This document shows, in pieces, positions 24,101 to 35,382 of a stretch of 64,000 bases of DNA. Origin of the DNA: Takakia lepidozioides (taxonomy: Eukaryota > Plantae > Bryophyta); assembly GCA_030704615.1 (NCBI GenBank), contig CM060733.1:38502001-38566000 (forward strand), read 5' to 3'. Both the position numbers and the translations under genes were made by a program. The notes below the pieces were generated by a model that was given only the letters and a program-made list of their open reading frames with translations, ran no database searches and was not told the origin of the DNA. Position 1 is the first letter of the stretch, and each line of letters opens with the position of its first letter.

Positions 24101-26550
24101 TTTGTGAATGTCGTTGACGACCCTCATATCCAAAGCTATTGTGAGCTTCTATACCGAGAGATTTCTTGTACGTTTTCTAGGGTGCCCAATAGTTATATGC
24201 AGTGTTACTCTCACGAATTTTTGAATGTCGGTGCCGACATTCACTTTGAGAACAATGGTCTTCTGCATAGAGAGATTGATTTCCAATTTGTCTCGTGGTT
24301 CGCAGGTACACAAAATATGTGCTGATGGATGGAAATCACCTCAGTGATGTCCCAGATTATCTTGACATGTGGTAGGACCCGGGAAACGATCCAACCATGT
24401 ATACTGCAGGGATATTGAAGGACTGGAGTCCTGCACACTTCAGGGACTGTGGTTGGTACCTGGACTGCCATCCTGAGCACACGACTATTCAGAAGCAGCA
24501 AATGAAATATTTGAACAATCATGCTGAGATGCTGGCACCTCTGAACGATGAGGAGTACCAAAGAAACATAGCAGCATTGGCTGCCAAGGAGCCTGACGCG
24601 TAGGAAATAACCGAGAAGGGCAAGAAGGGTGGGCACAAACCCAAAGACAAGGCTCCAGATGGCACAGCCAAGTCACCAGCAAAGACAAAGGACAAAGACA
24701 AGTCGAAGGAGAAGGAGAAGGAGAAAGAAAAGGAAAAGGGGAAGGAGAAATAAAAGGAGAAAGAGAAAGAGAAGGAGAGTGAGAAGGACTTCACCGCCGG
24801 AAGGTATACCCGCACAATTCAGTGCGTGTTCGATGCCAGGCCGCACCCTTCCCATGCTGATTTGGCAGGGGAGATTAAGATTGTCAATGTTGGATGGTTG
24901 GCGATGATGGAGAGTTGGAAGAAATGATACACTGGGGTGCCTTCGCCTACTTGGGTAACATGATCTCATTCCTCAATCTGGTGGGAATTTAACTTTCTTT
25001 CTTTTGCATTCGTAGGTGACATTGGCAGTATTGGTATTTGTTTCTTTGCAATCATTCTTCTCTTCGTTCTCAAATTGAACATGTCTGTCGCAGGTGAGCA
25101 CTGGTCCCTCCTTCGTGTGCGGTGTGCAGAAAACGTTTGCTGCAGACATGGTCATTCTTGACATCCCGGACGGCCAGACTGTGCCAGAAGTTCTTCCGAA
25201 GGGCAAGACGCCAAGCTGGAACAAATTCGATGACAACTACTGGAGTTGGGTGTTTGGGTTCTGCAACTATTTCCTTTCTGATGTAGGGATACTTCTAGTC
25301 TTTCAGTCATGTGACAAGGATAGTCGTGGGGCATTGGCATCGTACTTGAAGTCCTATGGGTTTGAAATTCTGCGCACATGGAATTGTGTGAACATCCTCT
25401 ACCTTGTGAAAGAGGGTTGTCCTGGTCAACTGGTATGACGCCTCCCTCTTAGATGTGCTTTGTTGCTTTATTTCAATGTAATCTACAGCGTAACTCTACA
25501 ATAATCTGTGATGATCGACACCGATCATCAAAATACCCTGACTGATCAGTTTGTTGCATGTCTATGTTTTGAAGTGCCAATCTACAAAATTTCACTGTTG
25601 TTTATGTTTCGCACCCTAATCTTCAGTCTTTCGCAGACGAGGATGTGCGAGGCGATCTGCCTGCGGAGGATTCGCACCTCAAAGACACCATCCTCCGTCC
25701 GCAGCTTCGAGATTTCTGACCAAGGGTATTTCATCAATCCCCCGTATGAGCCGCATGTCGATGACATTTTGTACAACTTCATGCAGCCCAGTCAGACTCT
25801 CAAAAGACCAGATGGCACTCCTGGAGAGGTGCAAAGGAGAAAACCCCAGCATTCATGCAGACACTGCTGGAGTCATGCAGCCACCATTCTGCACGGGTGG
25901 TCGACCTCTTGGTATCTACAAGTTCGTTTTCTCCCTTCAGATTTGATTTTCTTTCACCATTTTCATCTTCGTTAATCCCCCCCTACAAGCTGTTCATGTC
26001 CTCTTGTCTGTTGTAGGAGGAACTTACCATGCGTGCAAGGCAGGCGGAAGATCCCTTTTTGGCATGGGGGTGACTTTGACATATACAAGACTGTGCTCCT
26101 TCCCCTTTTGTCTGGCTCTACATCAGGCACACAAACTGAAACGATTCAAATCCGAAATGATGAGGATCACGAGGATAAGCAGGTCCACAACGATTTTTCA
26201 TGTGAGTAAGTCTGCAATGGAATTGTCATTCCACTTTGGGTGCCATTTTCAATCGCAGACATCAAATTTGCAGTAATAACGTTTTTCTTGTTGTGATTTG
26301 CAGGAAAGGCAATGGTGGATCTTCAGGAGACACCCCCATTTGTGGCGAGACTGTTTTCGATAGCCCCCTTTCCACTTTTGTACTTCCTGTGTATGCCGAA
26401 GCAATGGCACTTCAAATGGCCGAGGCTCTCTCCCTTGACTTTTTATTGCCCGACCGCAGGTGTAGCCATCATATATCCGGAGTTCTAAAATACTTGGACC
26501 TGGATGCAGAGAACGCGGGGATACATTGTACTGACTCTGAGTCAGACTGA
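21120..26550 (+). pseudogene. Cargo gene B: ParB/Srx-like + beta-class amino-methyltransferase-like protein (stops and frameshifts; start uncertain)
   Basis: FYVWDGNHRLLAW (DGNHR 22968-22982). ADMVILDIPDG (DIPD 25160-25171). KTPAFMQTLLESCSHHSARVVDLLVST|GGTYHACKAGGRSLFGM. Introns at 23117-23212, 23406-23488, 25433-25636, 25922-26016 and 26202-26303 match copy A. KE-rich tract at 24680-24790. Confidence 0.75.
21450..22446. repeat. Array of palindromes, consensus AGTGATGGTCGGTACCGACCATCACT, within ~400-bp tandem units (probable first intron of cargo gene B)
   Basis: Perfect 22-mer at 21453-21474 and 26-mer at 22291-22316. Further copies near 21539, 21697, 21836, 22146, 22380 and 22423. Confidence 0.9.
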
Positions 26551-26698
26551 ACTACGCATTTTTAATGTTCAGTTCTCATCCTCTTCGTAAAAGATTGAAT
26601 TCCCCTACTTTATTGCAGATGTTCCGGCAGAAGGAAAAAAGAACAAAGAATCCACTCAGAATGAAATGACAATCTTCATGAATCCATCCCACAAACAC

Positions 26699-28683
26699 AG
26701 GGGATGCTAGAGTGTGAGCCTAGCCACGTGAGCCCAGGAGCCTGTGAGCCCAAGAGCTTGACGTGAGCCCAGTCCACGCGGCACGAGAATGGGGGAAGAT
26801 GCAGGGTGCATTTCCGCGGATGAGCACCCTTTACCGCGGAAACACGGCAAACACGACAAACCCTAACCCTAACCCTTAGCGTACTGCCATGTTCGTGAAG
26901 GAAAACAGGCTGGGAATTAAGCTGACGTCATTACCGCAGAAACACGACAAACACGGCAAACCGGGAAAACACTGCAAATCGGAACCTCAAACCCTAACCC
27001 TAACCCTTAGCGAACTGCCATGTTCGTGGAGGGAAACAGGGTTGGGAATTAAGCGGGCATTAGGTAGATGTGATTTATTTATCCCCCCCCCCCCCCCGGC
27101 AGTTGGGTAGATGTCGTCGACGATCGTCGTGAATTCATGATCATAAAGAAATTGAGTGCGTTGACACACTCAGTTCTGCGTTTGGGGGGGGGGGGGGGGG
27201 GATAATAATAATAATAATAATATAAAAATGGTTCCCCCCCCCCCGGGAGAACTAAGTGCGTCAACGCACTCAATTTCTTCATGATCATGATTTCAGGATG
27301 ATCATCGACGACAGGTGCGGGTCCGGATTTTCACCCCGGGTACCCGACATGTTTTGGGGGGGGAAAAAAAAAACTTTCTCTCCCCCCCCCCCCCGAGAAC
27401 TGAGTGCGTCAACACACTCAATTTTTTCATGATCATGATTTCAGGATGATCATTGACGACATCGACGACAGTGTTGTGCGGGTCCGGATTTTCACTTCTG
27501 GTACCCAGCGGGTTAGGGTCAGCGTTTTTTTTATTGGCGATTTTTCGCCATTTGGCTGCCTGAAAATCCCCTTGGCGAATGAAACAAAGGGAAAAAGAGG
27601 TCCATTAAGGCAGTTTTCGCCAAAAACTGGGGGTCTCAAAAAGGTCCTCGTCTGTGGACCCAGGGGGGCTGCACAGATGTAGCCATGGCAGGCCCCATGT
27701 AGGATGATTTGACGGGTCAGATGAGGAGTGGGTTTAGGATTGTGGGGCCTCCTCCGTTTCTCAAGGAGATGCTCGTCGCCAATCTTGCGAGAACTATACA
27801 GCTTTCAATTATTTCTGTACTTCACCTTCTATTGCTCATCAACATCCATTTGGTTCGCAAAATATGGCAAGGGTGGAAATACATGTAGCCTACCAATTCG
27901 AGGAAAATTACCTAGAGTGGGCCACTACCCTACACCCAATATATATAGCCACTCCTACCCGTTTTCAAAATCCCTAAAAAAACCCTGGTTAGGATCCGGG
28001 TTACCTATCCGGATCCGGGCCCGTGCCATCACCAAAAACTCGGACCCTGACCCAGGTTCATTTTAAAATCGGACCCGGATCCACCAGCTAGGTCCAGAAC
28101 CCGTTAAACCCGCTACTCGTGGGCCAGAGTTGGCATAGTCATCTCCCCTAGCTCACTAGTTGACTTTCTAGAGAATTCTACTTTCTAGATAGTTCTATTA
28201 TTTTCGGTGGGTTGAAAAGCAACTCACTAGTAGGTGTGGCTGCTACAGGAGTATACTTATAGGAACAGTGACCACAGAAGGGGCTTGGTGGGAGTGGGGC
28301 CAGGTGGGATCGCGGCTTGGGGCTCGTCTTCAAGGTGGAGCGCTTGGGATTGGTGGAGGGTGGGACCAGCTGCGTGAAGTGCTTGGGGTGGGAGTGCTTG
28401 GGGTGGGAGTGCTTGGGGTTGACGAAGTAGGGCTGGGGGGAATTGGATCGATCGTCGTGCTTCTAAAGGCGACTCAATATGTCGTGTTTGCCGTGTTTGG
28501 AAGTTTTGTTGTGTTCACCTCTTCTTCCAAAATATATGCTTCCACGGTAATAGGACCACCTCTAAACCCTGTCCTCGGTTATAGGACTTGCTTCTCCCTC
28601 CTCTAAACCTTGGGCTCACGCTTAGAGGGCAAAGAGCCGAGCTCATGGGCTCACGCGGCTAGGCTCACGCCGTAGCTACGCTC
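26699..28683. mobile_element. Non-autonomous Mutator-like element with imperfect TIRs and 9-bp TSD
   Basis: CACAAACAC at 26690-26698 and 28684-28692. Left end GCTAGAGTGTGAGCCTAGCCACGTGAGCCCAGGAGC versus reverse complement of right end GCTACGGCGTGAGCCTAGCCGCGTGAGCCCATGAGC. No credible ORF. Confidence 0.85.
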
Positions 28684-28719
28684 CACAAACACCACAACCT
28701 CATGTCAAATCCATTGTGC

Positions 28720-29050
28720 ATTCATCTACACTGTATTCATGCATCCTCCATTCATAAATGTTTTCCATTATTCAACATCCATTGTACATTCATGCACTGC
28801 ACTCTCAAATCCAACTTACAAACCCCACATACTCATGTCATATACATTCTGCATTCATGTACAGTGTATGAATGCATCCTCCATTCATGAATGTTTTCCA
28901 TTATTCAACATCCATTGTACATTCATTAATCATACATTCATCCATTGTAATCTCATCCATCTTTATTTCATCCATTTACTTGCATTGTTGGCACCCATCC
29001 ATCAATGTTTCATCCATGCTACATTCATCCATCCCACATTCATCTGTTGC
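28720..29050. repeat. Low-complexity CATT/CATCC-rich region with a ~55-bp direct repeat
   Basis: ATGCATCCTCCATTCAT(A/G)AATGTTTTCCATTATTCAACATCCATTGTACATTCAT occurs at ~28739 and ~28872. Confidence 0.8.
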
Positions 29051-30390
29051 TTTCAGGTGGGATCACGTCCTTTTATTATGTGGTCCAACTTAATACCGCG
29101 ATTAAGGGTGCTCTTCCACGGGAATACACTCCGCTTCTTCCTTGGCACGCGGTGACATGGCGTTCAAGCGTGATGACGTGGAGTGAGATTGGTGATGTGG
29201 CGTGGGCACAAGGTGACATGGCGTGAGCTGCGCTCACTCGATCACGCTCACGACGAGGCATCCTTGCTCTTCTTCATATAAGTGGGCACATCATCTGGAA
29301 GGATCGAGTCGTCCACAGCTCCCTTGCTGTCACGAACGTCGTGATCCAGGTAGGAGAATTCGGGATCCCCATGTTGAGCAGATGCAGTACCTGCATGTCC
29401 GCTGGACGAACGACTTGTCCGGGAGTGCTTGCCAACCTCGTCGGACCCGCGGGTGGGTTTGCTCTAGATTTGTTCGTGGAAGGGGTTTTGCTGGAGACTG
29501 CTCGGCCCTTCATTTCGCCCCCTTCTGCTTGTTGCTCTTTGCAGCCTGGGTAGGGGACTCCTCCGGTGGGCAAGTATTCTCCACTGCCCCCTTCTGCTTC
29601 TTGCTCTTTACAGGAGAAGGAGACCCCTCCGGTGGACGAGTATTCTCCACCGTTGTACTCAGCTGCTTCATAAAACGTATTTCTTTATCTGTTGCTATCA
29701 CGTTGTGGGACTTCAAACCACCACCTTTCCAAGGCACTTCCCATAAGCGCTAAAGGTCAGGGTCGACAGCAGGAGCAGTGGTTGAAGGTCGCGGGGGTAT
29801 GCGAGCTACAGTACCTTCATCCGTTTGCTCCTGCGGGTCTTCAGAGCCCTGTGATCCCTCCAACTCTGTTAACTCTGTTGGAATCAGACATCTAAACATT
29901 TGCATGCACTGATGAATGCTAGCAAGAAGACAGACGAAGGAACCAAAAAACACAAAAGAAAGTGGATTTTGGTGCTCGATCAGGGGACCGAATCCCGCAA
30001 CCCGCCTGGCTGCGCTCACCCGCTCACGCGGCCAGGCTCATGTTCTACTGTCCCCCCCGCATCCCGAAAGCACCGAGCTCTCACTGTGTCGCCTGCAAGC
30101 CGGTGAGGATGATCTCCTCCACCATCATGTCCCCCAAATCAGCAGTTTCCACCACCTAACCAACATAACCCTTTCCTGGATATCCCAACTACCATCAAAC
30201 AAATTGGGGTCAAGGAAATTGGGGGCAAGGGGCACCAACATGGCCCGCTCTAGTACCTTCTGGTTCACTTGAGATGGTGGAAAATGCAGCTCGGGCTTCT
30301 GCATCCAACCCGAATGCAGAAGACATGGAAGTCAGGGCAAATGAGATGAGACTTGAGGCCAGGATGAATTTGTCGAACAGTCCAAGATTT

Positions 30391-31050
30391 CGCAAACACA
30401 TCAGGGGCTCCATTTCCAAGGGGAAGGAGTGAAACCCCAGACACTGTAGGTGGCAGCAGCAACAGATTTGAGAGCTTTTCCAGTGAAGAACAAAGAAGTC
30501 GGCCGCTCTATTCCCCAGCTTATAGAAGAGAGCCATCAGCCATAGAAACAATACGAAATATGCGATACTCGGCGAATGTGCGCACTTGCAATAGAAAAAA
30601 CTCTGTGTACTCGATCAGTGTTCCGGACCGGCATTGTGGATGGGCTCGCACGTAAGAGCATGAATCCGGAAAGCCCAAGTGAGCTCTGACATTTTCACAC
30701 GGAGTAAAGATCTCCTCGCCTCCTTCAAAGAGGGTTGTTCAGTTGTCTAAACTAGGGTTTGCTAAAGTTTCTGTGGGAAGGAGTGTTCCATTCTTCACAG
30801 CAACCTTGGTACTCTCTAGACCCAGAATACGCCTGAATGCCCCCTGGCTTCCCCGCTCGGATGCATGTGGGAGCGAGGTGTCTGGCTTCCAATCATGGCT
30901 AGATCTGAGGTGTATTCTGCGGTTGATAGCCCGTATAGAGCCGGATGAAGGATCCTTACCAGAGAGATGTGTCCGCAGAAGCACAAGGAAGAGAATAAAA
31001 GAAACAAGGTAGAGGAAAGGCCGAATTCGGTGACCCCACTTGCTGGCCAT
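30391..31050 (-). pseudogene. 5' fragment of a cation/calcium exchanger (CCX family) gene
   Basis: N-terminal TM segment, then C...CSYVRAHPQC...IEYTEFFYCKC...[18 protein letters not shown] and [22 protein letters not shown] (alpha-1 repeat). In-frame stop at 30739-30741, a frameshift, and truncation after GAPDVFA. Confidence 0.8.
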
Positions 31051-34000
31051 CTCTCCCTAAATGTCATATCAACATAGCATTAAATCCACAACACAAGGAA
31101 GAGAGACAAACCAAGCCAAATGAAAGCTTCCGCCCTGCCCACCACCATAGCCAAGACTCTGGGCATGTTATGCAAAGACACATAACTCCGGTCGGTCTGG
31201 ATGAAGGTCCATTGTACATTGTACCCATCACACGTCGGACCAATGGAAAATAGGCGGTCAACTTTGATGCGGAAATACGATATACTGACAACCGGCTTTA
31301 TGCCAACAACTTTGTGCAATCCCGCTAACTTAGCCTTTGCTATCGGTCGGATTCACAAACCCAGGGAAGTATGCAAATTTGAGACTGAAATCTCGTCAGA
31401 GGGCTTCATCTGAAAATCAGGTGGAGGTGCAATACTATGGACATCTCCCCCAAGAATAGTTCGGGACTGGGCTGTCAATGTCCATTAAGCCTCCCTGAAT
31501 TGCAGACTTTGCCATGTTCTTTGATCCTCAGTACTACGAACAGAGTCGAGGCTGAAGTCATAGGGAAGGGGTTTTTGTGACAATCTATGACAACCATGGT
31601 GGCTCTTTTTACATCTGTGCCCGTTCCAGCAGTCCTGCAATGGAAGTCTGAGGGAAATACTTCCCACCAACAGTCCAGTAAGAAGGCAGTGAAAACGTTT
31701 TTCTCAACGCGGCCGTACCTGCTTTTGCAGATTGTTAAAGGGGCACGGAACAGTAACAGAGACAGTCTGGCATGCCATCGAGGGCTTATTAGATGTAAGG
31801 TGGTCTTTCTCACCGTGATGATCAATTCGAAGTTGGGGCCATGCTGGCAGAAGAATATGTGATGACTTGATTATTTGCCTGTTGCTCGCTTGGGCATACA
31901 ACATTTGGCATTGAGATGACCCGCAGCCAACAGCTAAGTGGCATGTTCATGGTGCTACCGAGAATTGGTTACTAGATTGCTGCTCAAACTCGTTCAGTTG
32001 TTGACCAACTTTTGGCAATCAGTTGATGTCATACAAGCATGGCTCATTTGCTTTTAGATTCTGAGAGTATGTGTGGGTGTGAACAGGCTGACTCCAGCAG
32101 GAACCCAGATGGGGGAGAGGGATGGGTTGCAGATAATGATGCAGTTGTGCGTGGCATGCCACTGCTGCTGGGATGTGTATCATTGGTGGCAGTCCTCCTT
32201 AACCGCAGTCTGTCAGGCATTGCCCCTGTTGCTGATGCCAGCAGGTTGTACTCCATTTTATCTTGCCTCTTTATTGTTTTTCTTTCCAACTTGTCTATGG
32301 TTATATAGTCAACCCATGAGCATGTTATCCTCCAAGCTGGAAACTGAGACATGCAATTTAATGGTGAGGAAAGAAAGGACCCTGAGAGAAACCCGGGTAG
32401 AGTTTTGTAGGTCTTACATGAGGTGTTTTCAGAGTTGGAGTTGTACCTGGAAATGTCATTCTGAACCATACCCCGGTGGACATCAGACCCAAATTGGCTG
32501 TTCCTTCCAAAAATAGAGACAGAAGAGAGTTCCACTCTAGGGTGTGAAAGTTGTGGGGTACGTTGAAGGGGTTCATCCTCTTGGGGCAATGGGGGTGGGG
32601 ACAGTGCACAATCAAGAGCGGATGTGCTGACAGTCGCATTAGCAGCTACTGTGTTGTTGACAGGCCTTGTTTGGAAGTCCATCCAGCCAAAATCTGTGGT
32701 TGCTGTGCGTGCTCCCCCCTTCCTCTCCAGGCCTTTCTCTTTATTGTATCCAATGTTACCTTCTGTGCACTACCGGTACAAAATGACAGAGTAGAAAGGC
32801 CCAGCCGAGAAGGAGTCTCTTTGACTCATGTACTATATGGCTGAGAATAAGAGGTAGATTGTACAGCCCATTGAAATATCATGAGACTTGATTATTGCAT
32901 TCTTAGTGGGGTGTTTCTGTGCACCATTCTCCTCACGAATCCAGGTGAAGGGGAGGCAACTCTAACCAAGACTGCACATGGGCATTGAATTGTGGGCAGG
33001 TGGAGATGGAAGGAGTAGAATGCTTCAGATTGGCATCAGGTCTGCCAGCTGATGCTGCCCGGGAGCTGCAATGGTTTGTTCTCATCAAATGTAGAGTGAA
33101 GTCAATTTGCACGTTGTTTCTTGAATCCTGTGATTAGGTGTTCCTAACCATTAGGAGGAAGGTCTACCGACCATGGGTGCCATCTAGTGATGCTTTATAA
33201 ATATGTTAGATGGGGTTTCTTATCAATTCTGTAGAGTACTGCTTGGCAACTTGGTGTCTCATACAAAGATTGGGATGAGCAGGGTTTGGGACGCTTTGAG
33301 AAGTGCAACACGGGCGCAGGCTTTGGTTGTAGTGTATGGCAATAATTGTGTGCTTCAGGCAGGCCTGGCTGCTGAATCAGGGGACTCAGGCACTATATCT
33401 GTAAATGCTAGTCAACTCTTCACTGGATCTCTCTGTCAAGTTGTTCGGGCATCGGGAAAACGTGAGTGAGTACTTCTCCTGCTGTACCTTTCTGAATGTC
33501 ATTCTGCCAGTTAAGAATTTTTTTCTGAGAACTGAAAGGTGCAGTAGTTCTCCAACAGGGCGGCAGAGTGATACCTTTCTATGTAGCCCGTCTGCATATC
33601 CATTTAGTTCTGTTTTAGTTGGTGAGGTACAGAGCCTGGCGATTCTTCTTGAAAATAGACAGTGAGTTCTTTCAATGGTGTTCTGAATGCCCCACTGTTT
33701 GTGCCCATCTGAAGGTGGAGTGTGCTTACCAAGGTTTTAATCAAGTGTAATTTGTATCGTGTATGCAGAGAGCTACTTAGCCAATCTCGCACTCTATCCA
33801 GGGCGCTGTGAGCTGCCTTTTCTGCCTTCCAATACTCAAGTAAGTGTGGAGTGTGGACCAGTGACCAATTTCTCCCAACCCAGAATCATCAGAGTAACTA
33901 AGATAAGATGATCACTGATTGCCACTTAACAGTAGGAAGTTAAATAGATTGTAAGGCTGTTCTACTGGAAATTCTACTCTGAAAAAAAGAGTGTTATGAC

Positions 34001-35382
34001 GTGTGGAGTTGCGCTGCAGGCAGTCATTATACAGGGAATAGGGGATGATGGGGTAATGATTGTTGCAAGCAACACAATTCGCGGGTTTACTGCCAATGAT
34101 CAGGTGCGTACACCTCCACCATGGCCTTGAAGTTTTTGCCCTCTCTCTTTCAGAGTTTATAACTGGAGGAAAGGACCCTAATTAAGAGGATAACATATCA
34201 CTAGTGGTATCCTAGGTTGCTGAAGTTCCAGAAACCTGGGGAGGTAGTCAGAAATCAAATCCAGTGGGCTCAATTGGTATGAATAATGGTCAGAACCACT
34301 TTTGGGAGCTGAACGTTTTCAATGTGCAGGCATGGATTGCAATTATTGGGGACAAATTGGACACCACGTTGGAAAAGTGGGCTCCTGCAAAAGGTTCCTG
34401 GAACACACCAGAGCCACAAGTTTTGTTGTAGATAGCTGGATTGGAGTAGCACTGTGTTAATTGCATCCCTCCACCAACCCCTTTTTAAGAATAACCTGTT
34501 GTTCAATTAATGGCCTGAAAGATTATAGCCCCTTGCAAGTAACTTATAAGTGACAACAACTTGTCTAGTTCGGTAAGCTTTGAACTCCTTGCTTTCCACC
34601 ATGGTCATATTTGCAGAAAATGCAGGGAATATACCTGACAAGGGATTATGTTTGGCAACGGGGTGGTTTGAGTCAGACTTCCTGTCTAGGTTTACATCAA
34701 TCAAATACTGCAAGCCTTCATGCCTGGCAACAACGGATGGTTGATCTGTTTAGGACCTGTCACCAAATTACTGATCTCCTAGATACCCATACTTCATTAT
34801 TGTGTAAACGATGTATTCATAACAAATCTTTGACAATTAGATATCCTGGCAGGTTGTAGTGGAGTAAATGTGTTTCAGCCCTAGATGGGTGGCTAATTTG
34901 TAAATGGCATCAACTGACAGGAGAAAGGCAATGCTGTAATGTACATATCCACCAGAAGGCATGAAATAGACTAACAGTACTCAGTATTCAAAATTGCTAA
35001 CAGTTGGAAGAGGTTCAACTCAGTAGCAGATATAAGTATTTCCAATGGTAGCTGCCCCAAAATAATCCAAGATCACCTACCAGCTAACTACAAGTCTTCT
35101 GCAGCTTCCCAAAGCCAAAACATAAATTCCCAGCTTGAGAACCACCACTCACTGACATGGAAAAGTGCGTTTGAGATGACCTCTGGAAAATATGACACAT
35201 GCCTTTGCAGTAGCACATGAATGCACAAAATCTGAACTCGGGACTATGACCCTGACAGGGTATGACAATTGTGAATGCTAATACAATGTCTGAACCACCA
35301 ACTTTCTCTTTGCAACACTCCCATCAGCTAACCTGTCCAAAGAGAACAGCATATGTAAGAGTGGCAACCATAACGATGTCCA

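Larger units (their letters stand above)
16833..26550. mobile_element. Large Mutator-like DNA transposon, copy B (coding core; termini not resolved)
   Basis: Same head-to-head transposase + ParB/MTase cargo layout as copy A, with shared intron positions but highly diverged nucleotide sequence. Confidence 0.8.

Noticed and set aside
26698-28683. hAT interpretation (CAGGG start, 8-bp TSD CACAAACA)
   Set aside because: Possible, but the 9-bp TSD gives a gap-free TIR alignment and the end matches the terminus of the MULE-transposase element A.
29246-29266. GCTCACGACGAGGCATCCTTG as the right terminus of element B
   Set aside because: It resembles the family TIR, but no matching left TIR or 9-bp TSD was found around 15600-16800, so it is left unresolved.
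29270-30390. Short minus- and plus-strand ORFs with a ~60-bp internal duplication
   Set aside because: No recognisable domain; probably a TE remnant, but it cannot be assigned.
31100-34900. Scattered ORFs up to 212 aa
   Set aside because: No motif or consistent exon chain recognised; may be a decayed gene.
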